Positions 24,505 to 37,845 of a stretch of DNA of 64,000 bases are shown here, piece after piece. Position 1 is the stretch's first letter. Every line of letters starts with the position of its first letter. The position numbers and the translations under genes are program-made. The notes below the pieces were generated by a model. The model made no database searches and was not told the origin of the DNA. It was given only the letters and a program-made list of their open reading frames with translations. The DNA is from Octopus sinensis (taxonomy: Eukaryota), in assembly GCF_006345805.1 (NCBI RefSeq), contig NC_043007.1, forward strand, positions 32,488,001-32,552,000, read 5' to 3'.

Positions 24505-27500
24505 CATTTTTGCGCTTTCTTCGTGTGAGGGTTTTTTCTTTTGCCTTACGAGAAGAAGTTTGCCTTAAAGGTAACACAGGTACAATGGGTTTTTCAACAT
24601 CGTTTTCTGTTGTTCCTTTATCAAAGAACTCCATAACTTCTCTTTCACCAGAGAAAGTTCGGCTCCTACCACGTGCTCGTTTTGCACGGGGCCCTCTACT
24701 GCCACGGCCTCCCCGCCCACGACGAGGACCCCGTCCAAACTCTACTGACTGTCTATGCATCTGATTGTCAGATTCAAAGTTATCACAAAGATTCTGAAAT
24801 AAATCTTCAACTGTATTAATACTGTTCTCCTCATCAGAAAAAGGGGTTGCAGGCTGATTCATGCCCAATGTATCATTCAATTTAGAACTGCCCAAATCTG
24901 TTGTAGTAGTAAGAGGTCTTTTATACCCAGTTCCAAAATCACCAACTGGCAAATTATTTAATATAGAATTATAAAACCTTGGATCATATTTCGTAGCATG
25001 GGTGCGTCTAGTAATATTAGAATAACTCAGGCTGGAGAGCGTCTCTGTTTTTTTACCTTGTAAGAAATTTATGTAGCTTTCTTGGAAAGCATCAAAACAC
25101 TTTTTGGATTTATTCTCCGTTTTTCTCAGCAGTTCACCATCAAGCATAACTTTATCTTGCAAGTGTTGGAATTCTTCATCAAACTCAGCCTGGAGTGTAA
25201 CAGCTATTACATTGGTAGGCATTTGTTTTTGTTCTGCTTTAGTACGACTTCTTTTTTGCTTTTTATCGGACAAAGAGAAGTCAGCAGAAATGGTAGCCAT
25301 AGCTGCTCCAATGGTCTCGTCTTCTTGAGAGAGCAACTGTCGCTTCGTATCAGCAGTGTTGGCATTAACTAAATCATCGAATTCGGGTGCATCACCATCT
25401 TTATCCATAGCTAAATCTTCAAAACTGTTAGAAGCAGGTACCAAATCTTTTGGCGTTGATACCTGAGAGAAGTTCATGTAAGATGGAGGAGGTTGCATTT
25501 GCAAAGATGCATTCTGCTTAGAAAGCGTCATACTGTCTTGGCACATTGGATCCTGCTGGTGCAAATTCATCTGGCCGGGGCCAAGTTGGGATGCCATCGT
25601 ATTAACATAAGATGATTCAGTCAAGCGCCTCATACCATAGTTCTGAATATCTGGTAGATCTGGCGTTGTTGTGGGTGGAGTTAAACTATCTGAGTATTGG
25701 TCAGTAATGGCAGATGGCTGTTCAATACGTTCAGAGAGAGGTGTAGCGGCACTGGGCATATCCTCCGATAAAACACCTTGTGGACTACCAATACTACCAG
25801 ATACTGATGGGGGGTGCATGTTTGTCACATGATCAGATCCATGTTGAGAGCTCTCAACATTACCTCGTACTGAAAACTGTTGCATACTTACAGGAGATGC
25901 ATCCTGGTGGTGGTCATTTAAGCGACCGACAGATAAAGAAGGGTCTAAAACAGGACTGACGTTCTGAACTTTGAGTCGCTGTTCGTCAACGTGGTCTTGG
26001 TAAGTGGGGCTCAGGGTATCTTCAGTTAATGGTTGTGGAGGAAGGGTGTCATGGCACTGCTGAGACATCACCTGTGCCATGTTGGGGAATACATTGGCTG
26101 TTCCTTGCGTCATATTTAGGGGTTCTTCATTAAATAAATGTTCTTGTCCAAGTTCAAGAGCTTTGTCATAAATTATGTCTTTCTTCTTGCGTCCACGTCC
26201 ACGTTTGGGTTTGGTTGTTGAATCAGCAACCGCTTGAACTGGAGGAGGTGCTTGCACTATAGTGGAACTGGGAAGAGGAGTCTGCGGGCTTCCAAGTGCT
26301 ATTGGAGCCTGCGGACTCCCCACACTGATAGGTGATTGCTGCATGGGACTGTGAACACTTTGAGAAAGTTGGCCATTATGCATGTTGTGTGCTGCTGGAA
26401 TAGTCTGAGGGCGTGAGGTGATACTCTGGACAGTCTGCTGCAGATCAGAAAGTGAAGGAGAGACTCCCTTATTGGCAGTACTGTGCAGCATGATATGAGA
26501 GGTTTCTTGAAGCAACACACTTTCTCGATTTTTCATATCTTGCATGCGGTCTTGACTAGATCCAATTGAAGCCAAATCTTGCAAAGAGACTGTACAGAAA
26601 GAATCCCCCTGTTGATGCTGTTGAGATGGTTGTTCGGAGAGTGGTTGAGTTGGACTAACAGGATCATAGCCCATCTCGGGTGTCACATGATTTACAGAAG
26701 AGTAAGTGGGAGCACTAGATGCTACAGAATAACTTTTAGTACTGATGCAGCTGTAGGGATCATACATGGGTGACTGTGAGCCAGACATATTTTCTAAGTC
26801 CTGGGGGGAAGAATAATTTGATGGTCTTGGTGTTGGAGGTTGAGAGAGGGGGGTAGCAGGTTGTTGTTGCTCATGATTCATGTTGGACATATTGTATGAA
26901 GAAGGCAACTGTGGCGAGTGGGCCGGTTTTGTTGATTGTGAAGTGGTGCGGCTATAGACTGGCGGTAACTGTGGAGATGGAACCGACTTACTACTAGGTA
27001 GAGAAGTTGAACAGTAGATAGGGTCTGGCTGGTAGGGGCTTCTTTGAGAAAGACTACTGATTGCTCTGTTGGTGCTGTGAGCTGGGGGAGGAATGTGTTG
27101 TTGGGGACTAGGAGACGCTGGCGCATAATTTCCTGGTCCAGAGAGCTCGTTAGTGAGATTTGCAAAGGGATTTGATGAGGTTGGGACAAAATTAGACAGA
27201 CTCCAGCTTTTGCTACTTGCTTCAGGAACATGAGGATTGGGTGACATAGGAGATGGGGTGAGGCTGCTGGCTAAATCTTTGCTTGAATGAAAATCTTGAT
27301 TGAAGAGAGATTTACTGTGAGCAGGAACTCCACTGTGAGAGGAGGTCACGTACCTCCCCGAGCTGTAACAGGTTGGTTGTTCTGCCGATGACCGAGGAGC
27401 TGAATCAAAAGGAAAAGAGGTGGGAACCGGTTTGTAATGTGATTGGCTAGGGAAGGATGATTGTAGATTCATACTATCCAAAAACTGAGTGACTGAATTG

Positions 27501-27600
27501 TGTAATGGATGGCCATAGTTTACTTGTGGAATACCCCCAAGACCACGAGCTGGTGGTAAACTTGTATGTGGGGAGAGAGATGGGGACAATGCCCCTAGAC
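24505..27600 (-). CDS. Large internal coding exon (1,032 codons) of a Ser/Pro/Gln-rich putative nuclear/chromatin protein; tentatively QSER1/PRR12-like
   Basis: 1,051-codon ORF in AT-rich DNA. Acceptor TTTCTTTTTTCTTTGTAG| (27601-27602) and donor G|GTAAGT (24504-24503); 3,096 nt, phase 1-1. AT-hook-like KPKRGRGRKKK, an RG-rich tract and basic TRRKRK. Family assignment rests on architecture and a recalled motif only. Confidence 0.88.
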
Positions 27601-27768
27601 CTACAAAGAAAAAAGAAAGAAAAAACATTGAGACAAATGCCAAAGGAAGTTATTGAATTTTGTGTTCGTATTTCTAGATAGAAAAAAAAAGGGTCAATAT
27701 TTGGAAAAGGATTCTCAAAACATAGCTATTTGGATTTTTAACAGTTTCTTTTTCAAACTAAATTACAA

Positions 27769-27773
<5 letters not shown>

Positions 27774-27809
<36 letters not shown>

Positions 27810-27820
27810 TGTGTGTGTGC
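27774..27820. repeat. (TG)n microsatellite
   Basis: Direct inspection. Confidence 0.95.
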
Positions 27821-28467
27821 ATGTGTAAGATGAATAAATTTAACATTAAGAACTAAAATATTTTTTACTAAAACGAATGAAGTTCATTGATGTTTCTATT
27901 CCTTTATTTCTATGGTTAATATTTAATCAAACATTTATCTTTTTAAGACATGTCTTTCTTTTGTAATGAGTATAACAAATATAAGATTAATTTCTACATT
28001 CAAAATAAACAGGTCAGAATTTACATATCAATCCAACATGTACCACAAGTATTCTGGTTCCTTACAATCTAAATATCTGTTTTATAATAAGCAGTGTGTG
28101 ATACTTTAATTTAATCAAAGCATAATAATGCCGATGGGCGAAATAAATAAATATTATAATCAACAGAATTTGTGCTTGATAAATACCTGCCAGGAAAAGG
28201 CAGCTTGAACACAAAACGAAATCTCAATGAATTATAAAATTAAAGTTATCACTTTGCTTCTTTTATTGCAGCTGCTGTACAGGGTGGTGGTTCCTTTTTG
28301 CGAATGTTAAGACTCAAAAAGTTGCTGAAACAACCGTTCTGTACAGCTAGATGGCCCTCTTGATGCTAATCTCTGAATCAGCAAGTGAAGATGGAAACTA
28401 TTTTCAGGTGGACAAACTAAAGCAGTCAATTTACTACATCATACAATAAGATATCTCACAATATGGC

Positions 28468-28915
28468 TACCTGCATGGTTCTTGGTCTCAAGAATTTGTC
28501 TTATGAAGAAAGGCTGAAGACGCTCGACCTTTATTCTCTAGAATAAACGCCGCTGCCGTGGTGATCTCATTCTCGCTCACAACATCATAAGCGGAAAGTG
28601 TAACCTCTCGAAAGAGCTGTTCTTCACTCCTGCTCCAGAGCGTCGGCTGCGGGGTCATTCCGAAAAACTCCACCTGCGACGATTTCATCTCAATCGAAGG
28701 CGAGGAGCTTTCTCCGTCCGGGTTGCGGATCCGTGGAACAAGCTGCCAGACGAGATGGTGAAGATGCCGACGACTGCTTTGTTCAAAGTCTCCCTTGACC
28801 TCAAGTGGCCTGAACTCTTTACATGAACACCACCCTGTACTTAACTCCATGTCCCCCTACATGGCCTTGCTTTTTGCTTTTGAGCCAAAAAATTAACTAA
28901 CTTAACTAACTAACT
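28468..28915 (+). mobile_element. CR1-clade LINE 3' fragment
   Basis: Translates, with one frameshift, as SYEERLKTLDLYSLE/KRRCRGDLI...RLRGHSEKL...FSVRVADPWNKLP...FKVSLD, the CR1 ORF2 C-terminus pattern; (TAAC)n tail. Confidence 0.9.
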
Positions 28916-29678
28916 AATATTTGGAGAAAAATTCAAACTCATAACTATCACCGATAGCCTGGCATCTTCTAATTATTACAGTTTCATTGTGTTATCATTA
29001 ATATAATTTAAACTTGGGAAAAAATAACCGATTTTTATAATACGGAAACGAGAAAAAATAACAAAGACAATATTTGAAGATATAGAATTTAAATGAGGAA
29101 AGAAAATTTTATTTCCTGCAGAAGACTTTAAAAATGAAAATCAAGTAACAAAGAACGAAATATAAATAAGTAAAGAATATAGAAACAATTTAAGCCAAAA
29201 TAAATTCTTATTATCGTAATTATCAACAAGGAATTTGGATCAGTATCTTACAGTGTTTTATGGCTAGGCACTAAGAACATTTAACTTAAATGCTTAGAGG
29301 CAAAAGGGACAGCAAAACATCAAATGAACTTGATCTGAATTTAACTATTAACATGTCATCTAGTGTTCAAACTAAAACATTTAAAAACAGAAGTCAGGCA
29401 AACAACTTGTTCAAGGCAAATTACATATTTTAAAATACATATCTCACTACATTGAAAAGAAACATAGAAAATGTCAACTGGACAGGACAGTCATCGACAA
29501 CCCAACCCTAGTATACAGACATGAATTTCTACCCCTTTTTTTTTTTATATCATAATGTCATTGAGAAAAAAAGCAAAAAGAACAGGAAAAAGCAACTGCT
29601 GAAGCTCAATGGAATCATATCCTATTCTCTATTCTACAGAAGCATCAGGAAGGAAACCAACAAAACAATGACATATAA

Positions 29679-29731
29679 TGGTGGCAATGGTGGTGGTGGT
29701 GGTGGTGGTGGTGGTGGTGGTGGTGGTGGTG
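29679..29731. repeat. (GGT)n microsatellite
   Basis: Direct inspection. Confidence 0.95.
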
Positions 29732-30371
29732 TGTCTATGTCCACCAGTCCTCTCACACATCCAGTTAAAACAACTGAAGACCACAACTTAAACAATGGAA
29801 TCTGGAAACATAAATATCATCGTGCAAGCAATGTTTCTGCAAGTGGTAGGAAACCACAAAAGATTGGGGTACACGACAGAAGCAGTTATGTTCAGTAGGC
29901 ACAATAAGAATTGTAATGATCATGATATTTGTGTGTGAAAACATCCAGGGTGTTTAGTGGAGGGGGAAGAGTGTGTGAGAAAGAGAGAGAAAGAAAGACA
30001 GGAAGAGGGTGGGTGGGGGTCAGAAAGACTTTTTTTTTTAAAGGCAAAAATTAAACAAAACAGAAAGACTCACAAAACAAAAAGTTACTAAACTCTCTTA
30101 CTGGAGATTATTTTAATCATATAATAACTCTTGCCTACATCAATATGCTTGTCGCAACAATACATCATGATTTAGTTAAAAGTTAGCCTAATTTTTCATG
30201 TGTAAAGGCTCCGGGAAAACTTATATTTTTAAATCTAATTTGGCAACTAAAAACTGATTGTAATTTTCCCAGTGCCAGAAAATTCTGCATTCTGCTAGGA
30301 TAATTTATATCAACTTCAAATCCTGGTTTTGTCAGGATTAAAGTATATTTCCATGCTTCAAAAACTTATAC

Positions 30372-30766
30372 TCTTTACTCTCTTTCTTGTTTCAGTCATT
30401 TGACTGCGGCCATGCTGGAGCACCGCCTTTAGTCGAGCAAATCGACCCCAGGACTTATTCTTTGTAAGCCCAGTACTTATTCTATTGGTCTCTTTTGCCG
30501 AACCGCTAAGTGACGGGGACGTAAACACACCAGCATCGGTTGTCAAGCACAGACACACAAACATATACACACACACTTATATATATATATATATACATAT
30601 ATACGACAGGCTTCTTTCAGTTTCCATCTACCAAATCCACTCACAAGGCATTGGTCGGCCCGGGGCTATAGCAGAAGACACTCGCCCAAGATGCCACGCA
30701 GTGGGACTGAACCTGGAACCATGTGGTTGGTTAGCAAGCTACTTACCACACAGCCACTCCTGCGCC
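30372..30766 (-). mobile_element. SINE family A, young full-length copy
   Basis: Close reverse-complement match to 12549-12962. Confidence 0.92.
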
Positions 30767-31329
30767 TATTTTGTTTTTATAAAGGAAATCAATAACATTA
30801 AAATATAAAACATTAAATAACATACACTTTACATTGGAAATATAACGACCTAAGGTTTGTTTTTTGTTTTTGTTTTTTTCACTACACCTTTTCAGGTGAT
30901 CATGCATCTTTCCTGTCAAATTAATGTCTAACAGTCCAATAAAGAGCTTGATGATATACACAAAGTTGGGAGCGAACCAAGAAGATTGTTATAAGTCAAA
31001 CAAACTTAGATCATGCTTGGACTGTTTTTAAAACAGACACGAGTTTCTCCATCTGTTGTTAAGTTTAATATTTCCTGTCCATGATACTGTAACTAAAAAC
31101 ATGTAGCAAAAGATTTCAAGAGCTTTCCTTGAGGGTTTTCCCCAGCCATATTCCTTCATTCACATCCAACGTAGAACAAAACAGCTCATTTGCAATAATT
31201 GACTGAAATAATTAGTTTTTCTTATTCTGGTCAAGTGATGGACAACAGCTGTTGTCAGGTGTTTGTTTTACGTTGTGCCGTCAGTGCTTATCTAGCAACA
31301 CAGATAAACTAACAGAATTGATGGTATCT

Positions 31330-31670
31330 ATCATCATCATCATCGTTTAGCATCCGCTTTCCATGCTAGCATGGGTTGGACGATTTTGACTGAGGGTGGC
31401 GAACCAGACGGCCGCACCAGGCTTCAATCATGATCTGGCAGAGTTTCTACAGCTGGATGCCCTTCCTAACACCAACCACTCCGAAAATGTAGTGGGTGCT
31501 TTTTATATGCCACCGGCATAGGGGCCAGTCAGGTGATACTGGCAACAACCTTGCTCAAATTTTGTTTTTTTACACATGCCAATGGCACAGGTGCCAGTAA
31601 GGCAACGTTGGTAACGATCACGCTCGAATGGTGCCCTTTTACGTGCATCACACTCGAATGGTGCCCTTTT
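31330..31670 (-). mobile_element. RTE LINE 3'-tail copy
   Basis: (CAT)n CGTTTAGCATCCG...GCTAGCATGGGTTGG. Confidence 0.85.
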
Positions 31671-32129
31671 TTATCTAGCTTTATATTATTCAATAGATTG
31701 TCTGAATTACAAATGTAAGAATCATAGCAGTGACTAAGATTAAAATACAGATGAGAATTATGCCAACATGTTCACATTGGAGGGGATTTAGTACACTTTT
31801 AGCCCCCCAATTTAGAGTTCAAGAGAAAGGTGCTGGATTGCAAGATTAGGGTCTTGGTAGCAAAGGAGGAGAGTTTATCAATAGCAATACATTTACAAAA
31901 CATTTATTAGACAATTTCTAACCAATACATTGGGAGGCATTATGTGTTAAATAGAGAAGGATGGTCTTCATTAAGACGAATATGTACATGATTTGAAATT
32001 CTCAACTGGAGGTGCATGTATTCCCAAGATCTACATAATAAGATAACCGTGTATGGGAGTACAACTGTGCATGGTGTACACTGCCATGCAGTATAATAAA
32101 TGCATCACAAAACAACTGACACATGCAAC

Positions 32130-32312
32130 CATCATCATCACCATTTAACGCCCATTTTCCATGCTGGCATGGACTGGGGTGAGGTGGGGGTGGGGTGACA
32201 GGAGCTGGCAAACCAGAGAGCGGCACCAGGCTCCAATTGCCTGTCTCTACATCTTGAAACCCTTCCTAATGCCAACCAATCTACAAAGTGTGCTGGGTGC
32301 TTTTTACATAGC
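32130..32312 (-). mobile_element. RTE LINE 3'-tail copy, diverged
   Basis: CATCATCACCATTTAACGCCCATTTTCCATGCTGGCATGG...CCCTTCCTAATGCC. Confidence 0.7.
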
Positions 32313-32677
32313 ACCAACTAATTACCAATTATTTCAATCCCCCCCCTTCTTTCGTGTTACAAAGAATTCAAATCGACAATAGATTTTTAGCCCCACCATA
32401 CTCAAAGAATTCCATTACTGAGCATCTTATGAAGCGAAAACAGAAACTTAATGGCTACTTTCTAAATCTTTCATCACAAATAATCAACTGTTTGCAGGCT
32501 GCACAGGTATGCAAGAGAAGCTAGTGGTAGACCTCCAGTATGATAATTCTGGACTGAGAAGAATTTGCGTGATTTTTGGTTTTGGATGTGAAATACATAC
32601 AAATTGCTAAATGTTTTATTCAAACAATGCTTCGATTTCCATCAAAATGGGTTTGTGGGTCAACATTTTCAGGTCTC

Positions 32678-32780
32678 AGATCATCATTGTTTAACGTTCG
32701 CTTTCCATGCTAGCATGGGTTGGACGATTTTGACTGAGGGCTGGCGAACCAGATGGCCGCACCAGGCTCCAATCTTGATC
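32678..32780 (-). mobile_element. RTE LINE 3'-tail copy, short
   Basis: TTTAACGTTCGCTTTCCATGCTAGCATGGGTTGGACG. Confidence 0.8.
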
Positions 32781-33560
32781 AAACCTTAAAATTATCTTTG
32801 TTGTGCAGTTGCTAACGTTTTCCCTTTATAATAAATAATGAACTTGTTGCCAAATGAACAGACACAACAATTTCACAATTTAAGACTGACATATTCGAAG
32901 AATATCTTATGAAGAGTGAAAAGGAGGGGAACTGAAGGAATTTGCCCAAGCTTCTCACTAACAAAATGTGTTTCTTGTTAAAATCAATATTTTTTATACT
33001 TAATTTTTGAGGGTACATAGGGAGAACCTACCAAATTGCACATTATTAAATGAGAAAAAGAAAGATCGCAAGCACTACCCCCTAAAGGTACAGAGGGGCT
33101 CTATACAATAACTCAGAGATACTAAATCTGATGGGCCAAATTTAATGGTTACGCAAGATGAAAATGGTGATACAAAATGAAAATGATGGTCAAAAACAGA
33201 ACATGACATAATGATGATTACAGTATAGATAATGTGATATGATAACAACAACGAGAACAAAAACAAGGCTTCAGACATGAATGCAAACATTTTGGTTCTT
33301 CACAGAATAGTAACAATAGCTACTTTTGTTCTTAAACAGTTACAACAAACGATAAATGGATTTTGTGATACTATGTCAAGAAACCACAATAACTAATGAA
33401 TAAAATTTCTTTATAATTCACTAGTTATTTATTAGTATATATTATACAGCTATTAATATGCAAAAATAAAACATTTCTTAGAAAGTAAAGTGGTATCATT
33501 GAAAACTGAACTAGTTCTCCCGGTTTGCCAATAATTTATTGCAGTTCTGCAAAAATATGT

Positions 33561-33870
33561 ACATCATCGTCGTCATCATTTAACGTCTGCTTTCCATGCT
33601 AGCATGGGTTGGACGATTTGACTGAGGTCTGGCGAACCAAACTCTAATCTGATCTGGCAGAGTTTCTACAGCTGGATGCCCTTCCTAACGCCAGCCATTC
33701 CAAGAGTGTAATGGGTGCTTTTACGTGCCACCGGCACAAGGGCCAGTTTGGTGGAACTGGCAACGGCCACGCCCAAATGGTGCTTTTTACGTGCCACCTG
33801 CACAGGAGCCAGTCCAGCGGCATTGGCGACAACTTCACTTGAACGGTTCATGTGCCACCAGCACAAGTGC
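33561..33870 (-). mobile_element. RTE LINE 3'-tail copy
   Basis: TTTAACGTCTGCTTTCCATGCTAGCATGGGTTGG...CTACAGCTGGATGCCCTTCCTAACGCC. Confidence 0.85.
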
Positions 33871-34499
33871 TAGTAAAAATGATTAAATTTCATTTTCTTC
33901 TCTTTCACTTTCCTTCCTTAAAAGCCCCCACCACCAGTTTTTCTAAATGGTAGTGGTATTACTGCTGCCAGTAATAGGGCTTGATACTCCAGCCACTGGT
34001 ATTCTGTAGTTCAGTATTTTTTATTTCAAATCCAGACAGGGCTTAATTTGCTTTTCATCCCCCTTCAGAGTAATAATTTGATAAGATATCATTTATATAC
34101 AGATTAGATCATTTAACCACCACCAACATAATCACAAAATGTGCACAAAGAAGAGATTTATTTAGTACAAAAAGTATAAAATTTTCTTCAGTCTTCTAGC
34201 ATCTCATTCAACTTCTTCACCAAGACTGATAAGTTTCATAAATAACATTGGGATACATGCAACTCACTGTCAGACGTCTCTAACATTATCACATTATATC
34301 TATGAAATACTGATATCGACTACCAAATTTAACTTGTAGAATGAATCTTTCCTGGAAAAGATCCCTTCTTGTTTTGAAACGGTATCAAAGATGATGTACC
34401 AAAGAAGCCTACTACACTCCGTTATTTAAAGAAACAAGTTATTTATTCTTTCGATAAAGTAGCTATACAAATCAACTAATGAACATAGAATAGTAAATT

Positions 34500-34714
34500 T
34501 AGCCATGTCCAGACTAAATATTCTAGCTAAATTTTCAAACCAGCCAGATCTAGCTGCTCACATCCACCCTACAACGTCATTCTAAAAATATACAATCACA
34601 TCATTGAAATCTCAAAGCTACGAGATAATTCATGATTAATTCGAAACAATGTGAATAAATAAGTATTACATTTGACAGAGTAATCTAAATGATAAAGAGT
34701 TAATCAAAATTACT
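34500..34714. mobile_element. piggyBac-type MITE, diverged
   Basis: Interior CTCAAAGCTACGAGATAAT...TTACATTTGACAGAGTAATCT matches 54197-54428. Confidence 0.6.
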
Positions 34715-35560
34715 GCTTGACCTAATGGCACTAGATGCTGTGACAGATCACATTAACGAGCTGTGAGTTAGTTACAGTCAAGCACCTCATCAACCTCGGT
34801 AAATTAGAATTAGATCACGCTCATGTCAGTTTGCTAATCTATATAATCAATAGCATATATGTGTATAGGGTGTTTTTGTTTTGTGTTTTTTCTTTCTTTG
34901 TGATATATATCAATCTTCGATCTTAATTTCTTCATAAATATAATATGCTAACACACTCTCCATAGCAACATGGATTTTACAAATAAACACATTTGAAAGC
35001 TCTTGCTTTTATTACGGCTTCTCAGTTGAAATGTCGTCAAAGTTTGTTTCCCTAACGAGGTAGCTTGATTGCTTTACTGAGCCAGTTACTTCAACAATTT
35101 ACTCATAATCTTCATCCAAAACGCAAATTAAAGTTTAGAAAGATTTCTCAAAGATAATAAAAACCATTCCCTTTTTAACAAGCTTTCGCAAGTTTTTTAT
35201 AACAAGCAACATTTCAGTAAATGCATTTAATACCATGTATTCTCTCTGTTTGTAGGCAATAACACCCAAAGAATTTCATCATAAATGCATAATAAATTTA
35301 CTGAGTAATTCGCCAGAAAGGAATGTATTATAATTGCACTTTGGAGTGCAGTTATAAAAATGTTCTGTTTAAATTAATTCTGTGATTAGTGTTAGACCAG
35401 TGACAAATAACTGAGAAGACATTCTTTAACTAAACCAAAACTACATATATATATATATACACACCAACAAAACTAAGCAGCAATCAGCAACAACTAATTT
35501 GCAAGCAGAGCAATGAACAAAAACTTATTAAAACAGCTGAAGAATATTTTCAGGGGGAAA

Positions 35561-35592
<32 letters not shown>

Positions 35593-35958
35593 AGGCACAA
35601 AAACAATTAGAACATGGAGGAATTTGTAACTACCAAATAAGATATAAAAACAGAAAAATAGAAAAGGGTAATGATATGAAAAGAAAATTGCATTACTAGC
35701 AGGAGTAAAAAAAAAAAATGAACCCTTAAAAAGCATCCACAGTTGGAAAAAAAACCAAGATGAAATTAACATAGAGCCTACAACCAGAGAAACTGCTGCT
35801 CTCATCAAATAACAACCGATGTTGGAATGATTTTGGTTGCAAAGATTGTGAGAGGAATGTTGTCACTTAATTGCAAGTTCTCAGGCAAGGGACAATGTGG
35901 GGAAGGGGAGAAAAACTAAGTGAGCACAGTGTAACTGGCAGTAAGGAGGATTATTTAC

Positions 35959-36015
35959 CTGTTCCAAGTCCTTGATCCAGTAGCGGCAAGTCATAACGGT
36001 TAAGGCAGGAAACAG
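35959..36015 (-). CDS. Candidate 57-nt symmetric coding exon upstream of the large exon
   Basis: Acceptor GATTTTCCAG| and donor CAG|GTAAAT; open in phase 1: (A)VSCLNRYDLPLLDQGLGT(G), which joins in frame to (G)LGALSP of the large exon. Confidence 0.5.
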
Positions 36016-37021
36016 CTGGAAAATCACGATTTTAACGCAGTTTGTAAGTTTTCAGTTATTAATTGCTACTGAAAAGCACAACCTACTCGCCCATCCACCC
36101 ACTCACTCTATGGTTTATTCTTAAATAAAATGCATAACAAAATTGCTTTGGGAATGAAATGAGATTTGTTTTAAAGCTTCAATTAACACAAGCAACTTGT
36201 CATAAAGAGCAAATTGTTACTACATAAATGACATCTTGACTTTCATTTAGTCCCAATGTTTTTAGAGTTATTAATATTTCAGAAGCACAGTTTTTAAAAG
36301 CTAAATTTAAAAAGTAAAAATTTTTTTAATGAAGCAAGCAAAAAAAAAAAAAAAAAGTGGTGGAAGGAACTTACTGAAAACCTCGAAGACTATTTTATAT
36401 CAAATGGGCATTAAATTATTTTTTTTTTTTTTTTTTATCCAATACTAAACATAATACAAATACACCTAAATCTGTTTAAGATTTGCATTTGACAAAATAG
36501 TTCTTCCTAATTAACTTTATTTTCAATTGAGAATTTCAAGAATTATTTTCCTACAATATAAAAGGTTTTTTAATGATTATGAGATATTAAATTCTAAACA
36601 ACATAGAGGAAATAATATATGAAATCTAGCAACGTATATTTTAAAAACCATTTATATTGAGTTTATTATGATTTGTGTATATTTTAGGAGATATATTTTA
36701 GCAATTAGTGAAATTATTTATTAACTTATATATTGCATTAAACATGTGTACGATTAATTTTTTATCCCGTTAAATTACTATGTACTGCTGCTGTTTTATT
36801 TTCAATTAGCAAGACCATGGAAATTCCAATTTTATAAATTTTCTCATTTCTGTTTTGATGCAAAAATTCATAACAATGTTTCGATATATTTTGTTGATTA
36901 TGGTTTTGATATCACTCCACAGTTAAAGTTGATTAAAGCATAACACTCAAACATGAGTATGAAGAATAAAGAGCAAAAATAAAAACCCTTTCATTTTATG
37001 GTTTATATCAAAAAATACCAT

Positions 37022-37284
37022 AACCCATCGTGGCCGTTGCCAGCGGCACGTAAAAAGCACCATCCGATCGTGGCCGTTTGCCAGACTTGTCTGGCACCTC
37101 TGCCGGTGGCACGTAAGAAGCACCCACTACACTCATAGAGTGGTTGGCGTTAGGAAGGGCATCCAGCCGTAGAAACATTGCCAGATCAAACTGGGCCTGG
37201 TGCAGCTTCCTGGCTTCCCAGACCCTAGTTGAACCGTCCAACCCATGCTAGCATGGAAAGCGGACGCTAAACGATGATGATGAT
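37022..37284 (+). mobile_element. RTE LINE 3'-tail copy
   Basis: GTGGTTGGCGTTAGGAAGGGCATCCAGC...GCTAGCATGGAAAGCGGACGCTAAACGATGATG. Confidence 0.9.
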
Positions 37285-37845
37285 AATTATCAGCAACAGT
37301 GTTTTTATGCCCACTTTTTACAGGAATTGGACAGGGGTTGCTTAGAGAGAGTTCTACAGAACAAAACATCCTTCCTGTTTCCAACCTTTACTTCTTTTTC
37401 AAGTAAGATGATTTTGCTCCACTGGTCTGTGCAGGCTACAACATTGCCATGCCAAGCTGTGGGGTGTGTTATTTATCAGATATAAACACTGTCACCATTT
37501 TTGCTCACACAATAACAATGTGAAGATATGCAGAAACATTCACACACACACTCACATGATGGGCTTCCATATAGTTTCTGCCAATAGAATTTCACTCACA
37601 AGGCATTGGTCAGCTCAAGGTTACAGTAGAGATCATTTGCCCAAGGTGCCATACTCTGCAACTATGTGGTTATGAAGCAAACTTCTTAACCACACAGCCA
37701 TGTTGGGCATCAGATCTGGTTTAAACATGAATTAATGAAGTTGACTTAATTCTTAGAAATGATTGCATTTGAATTAAAATTATCCTTTCAAGCTCATTTC
37801 AAACATTCATTTAACTAAGTTTGTTAAAAGATTCTATTAAAAAAA

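Noticed and set aside
27601-27643. ORF-track start MAFVSMFFLSFFFV of the 1,051-aa ORF (signal-peptide-like)
   Set aside because: It is the translated polypyrimidine tract of the splice acceptor; the exon starts at 27600.
29521-29898. 125-aa poly-Gly ORF
   Set aside because: Driven by a (GGT)n microsatellite and A-rich flanks.
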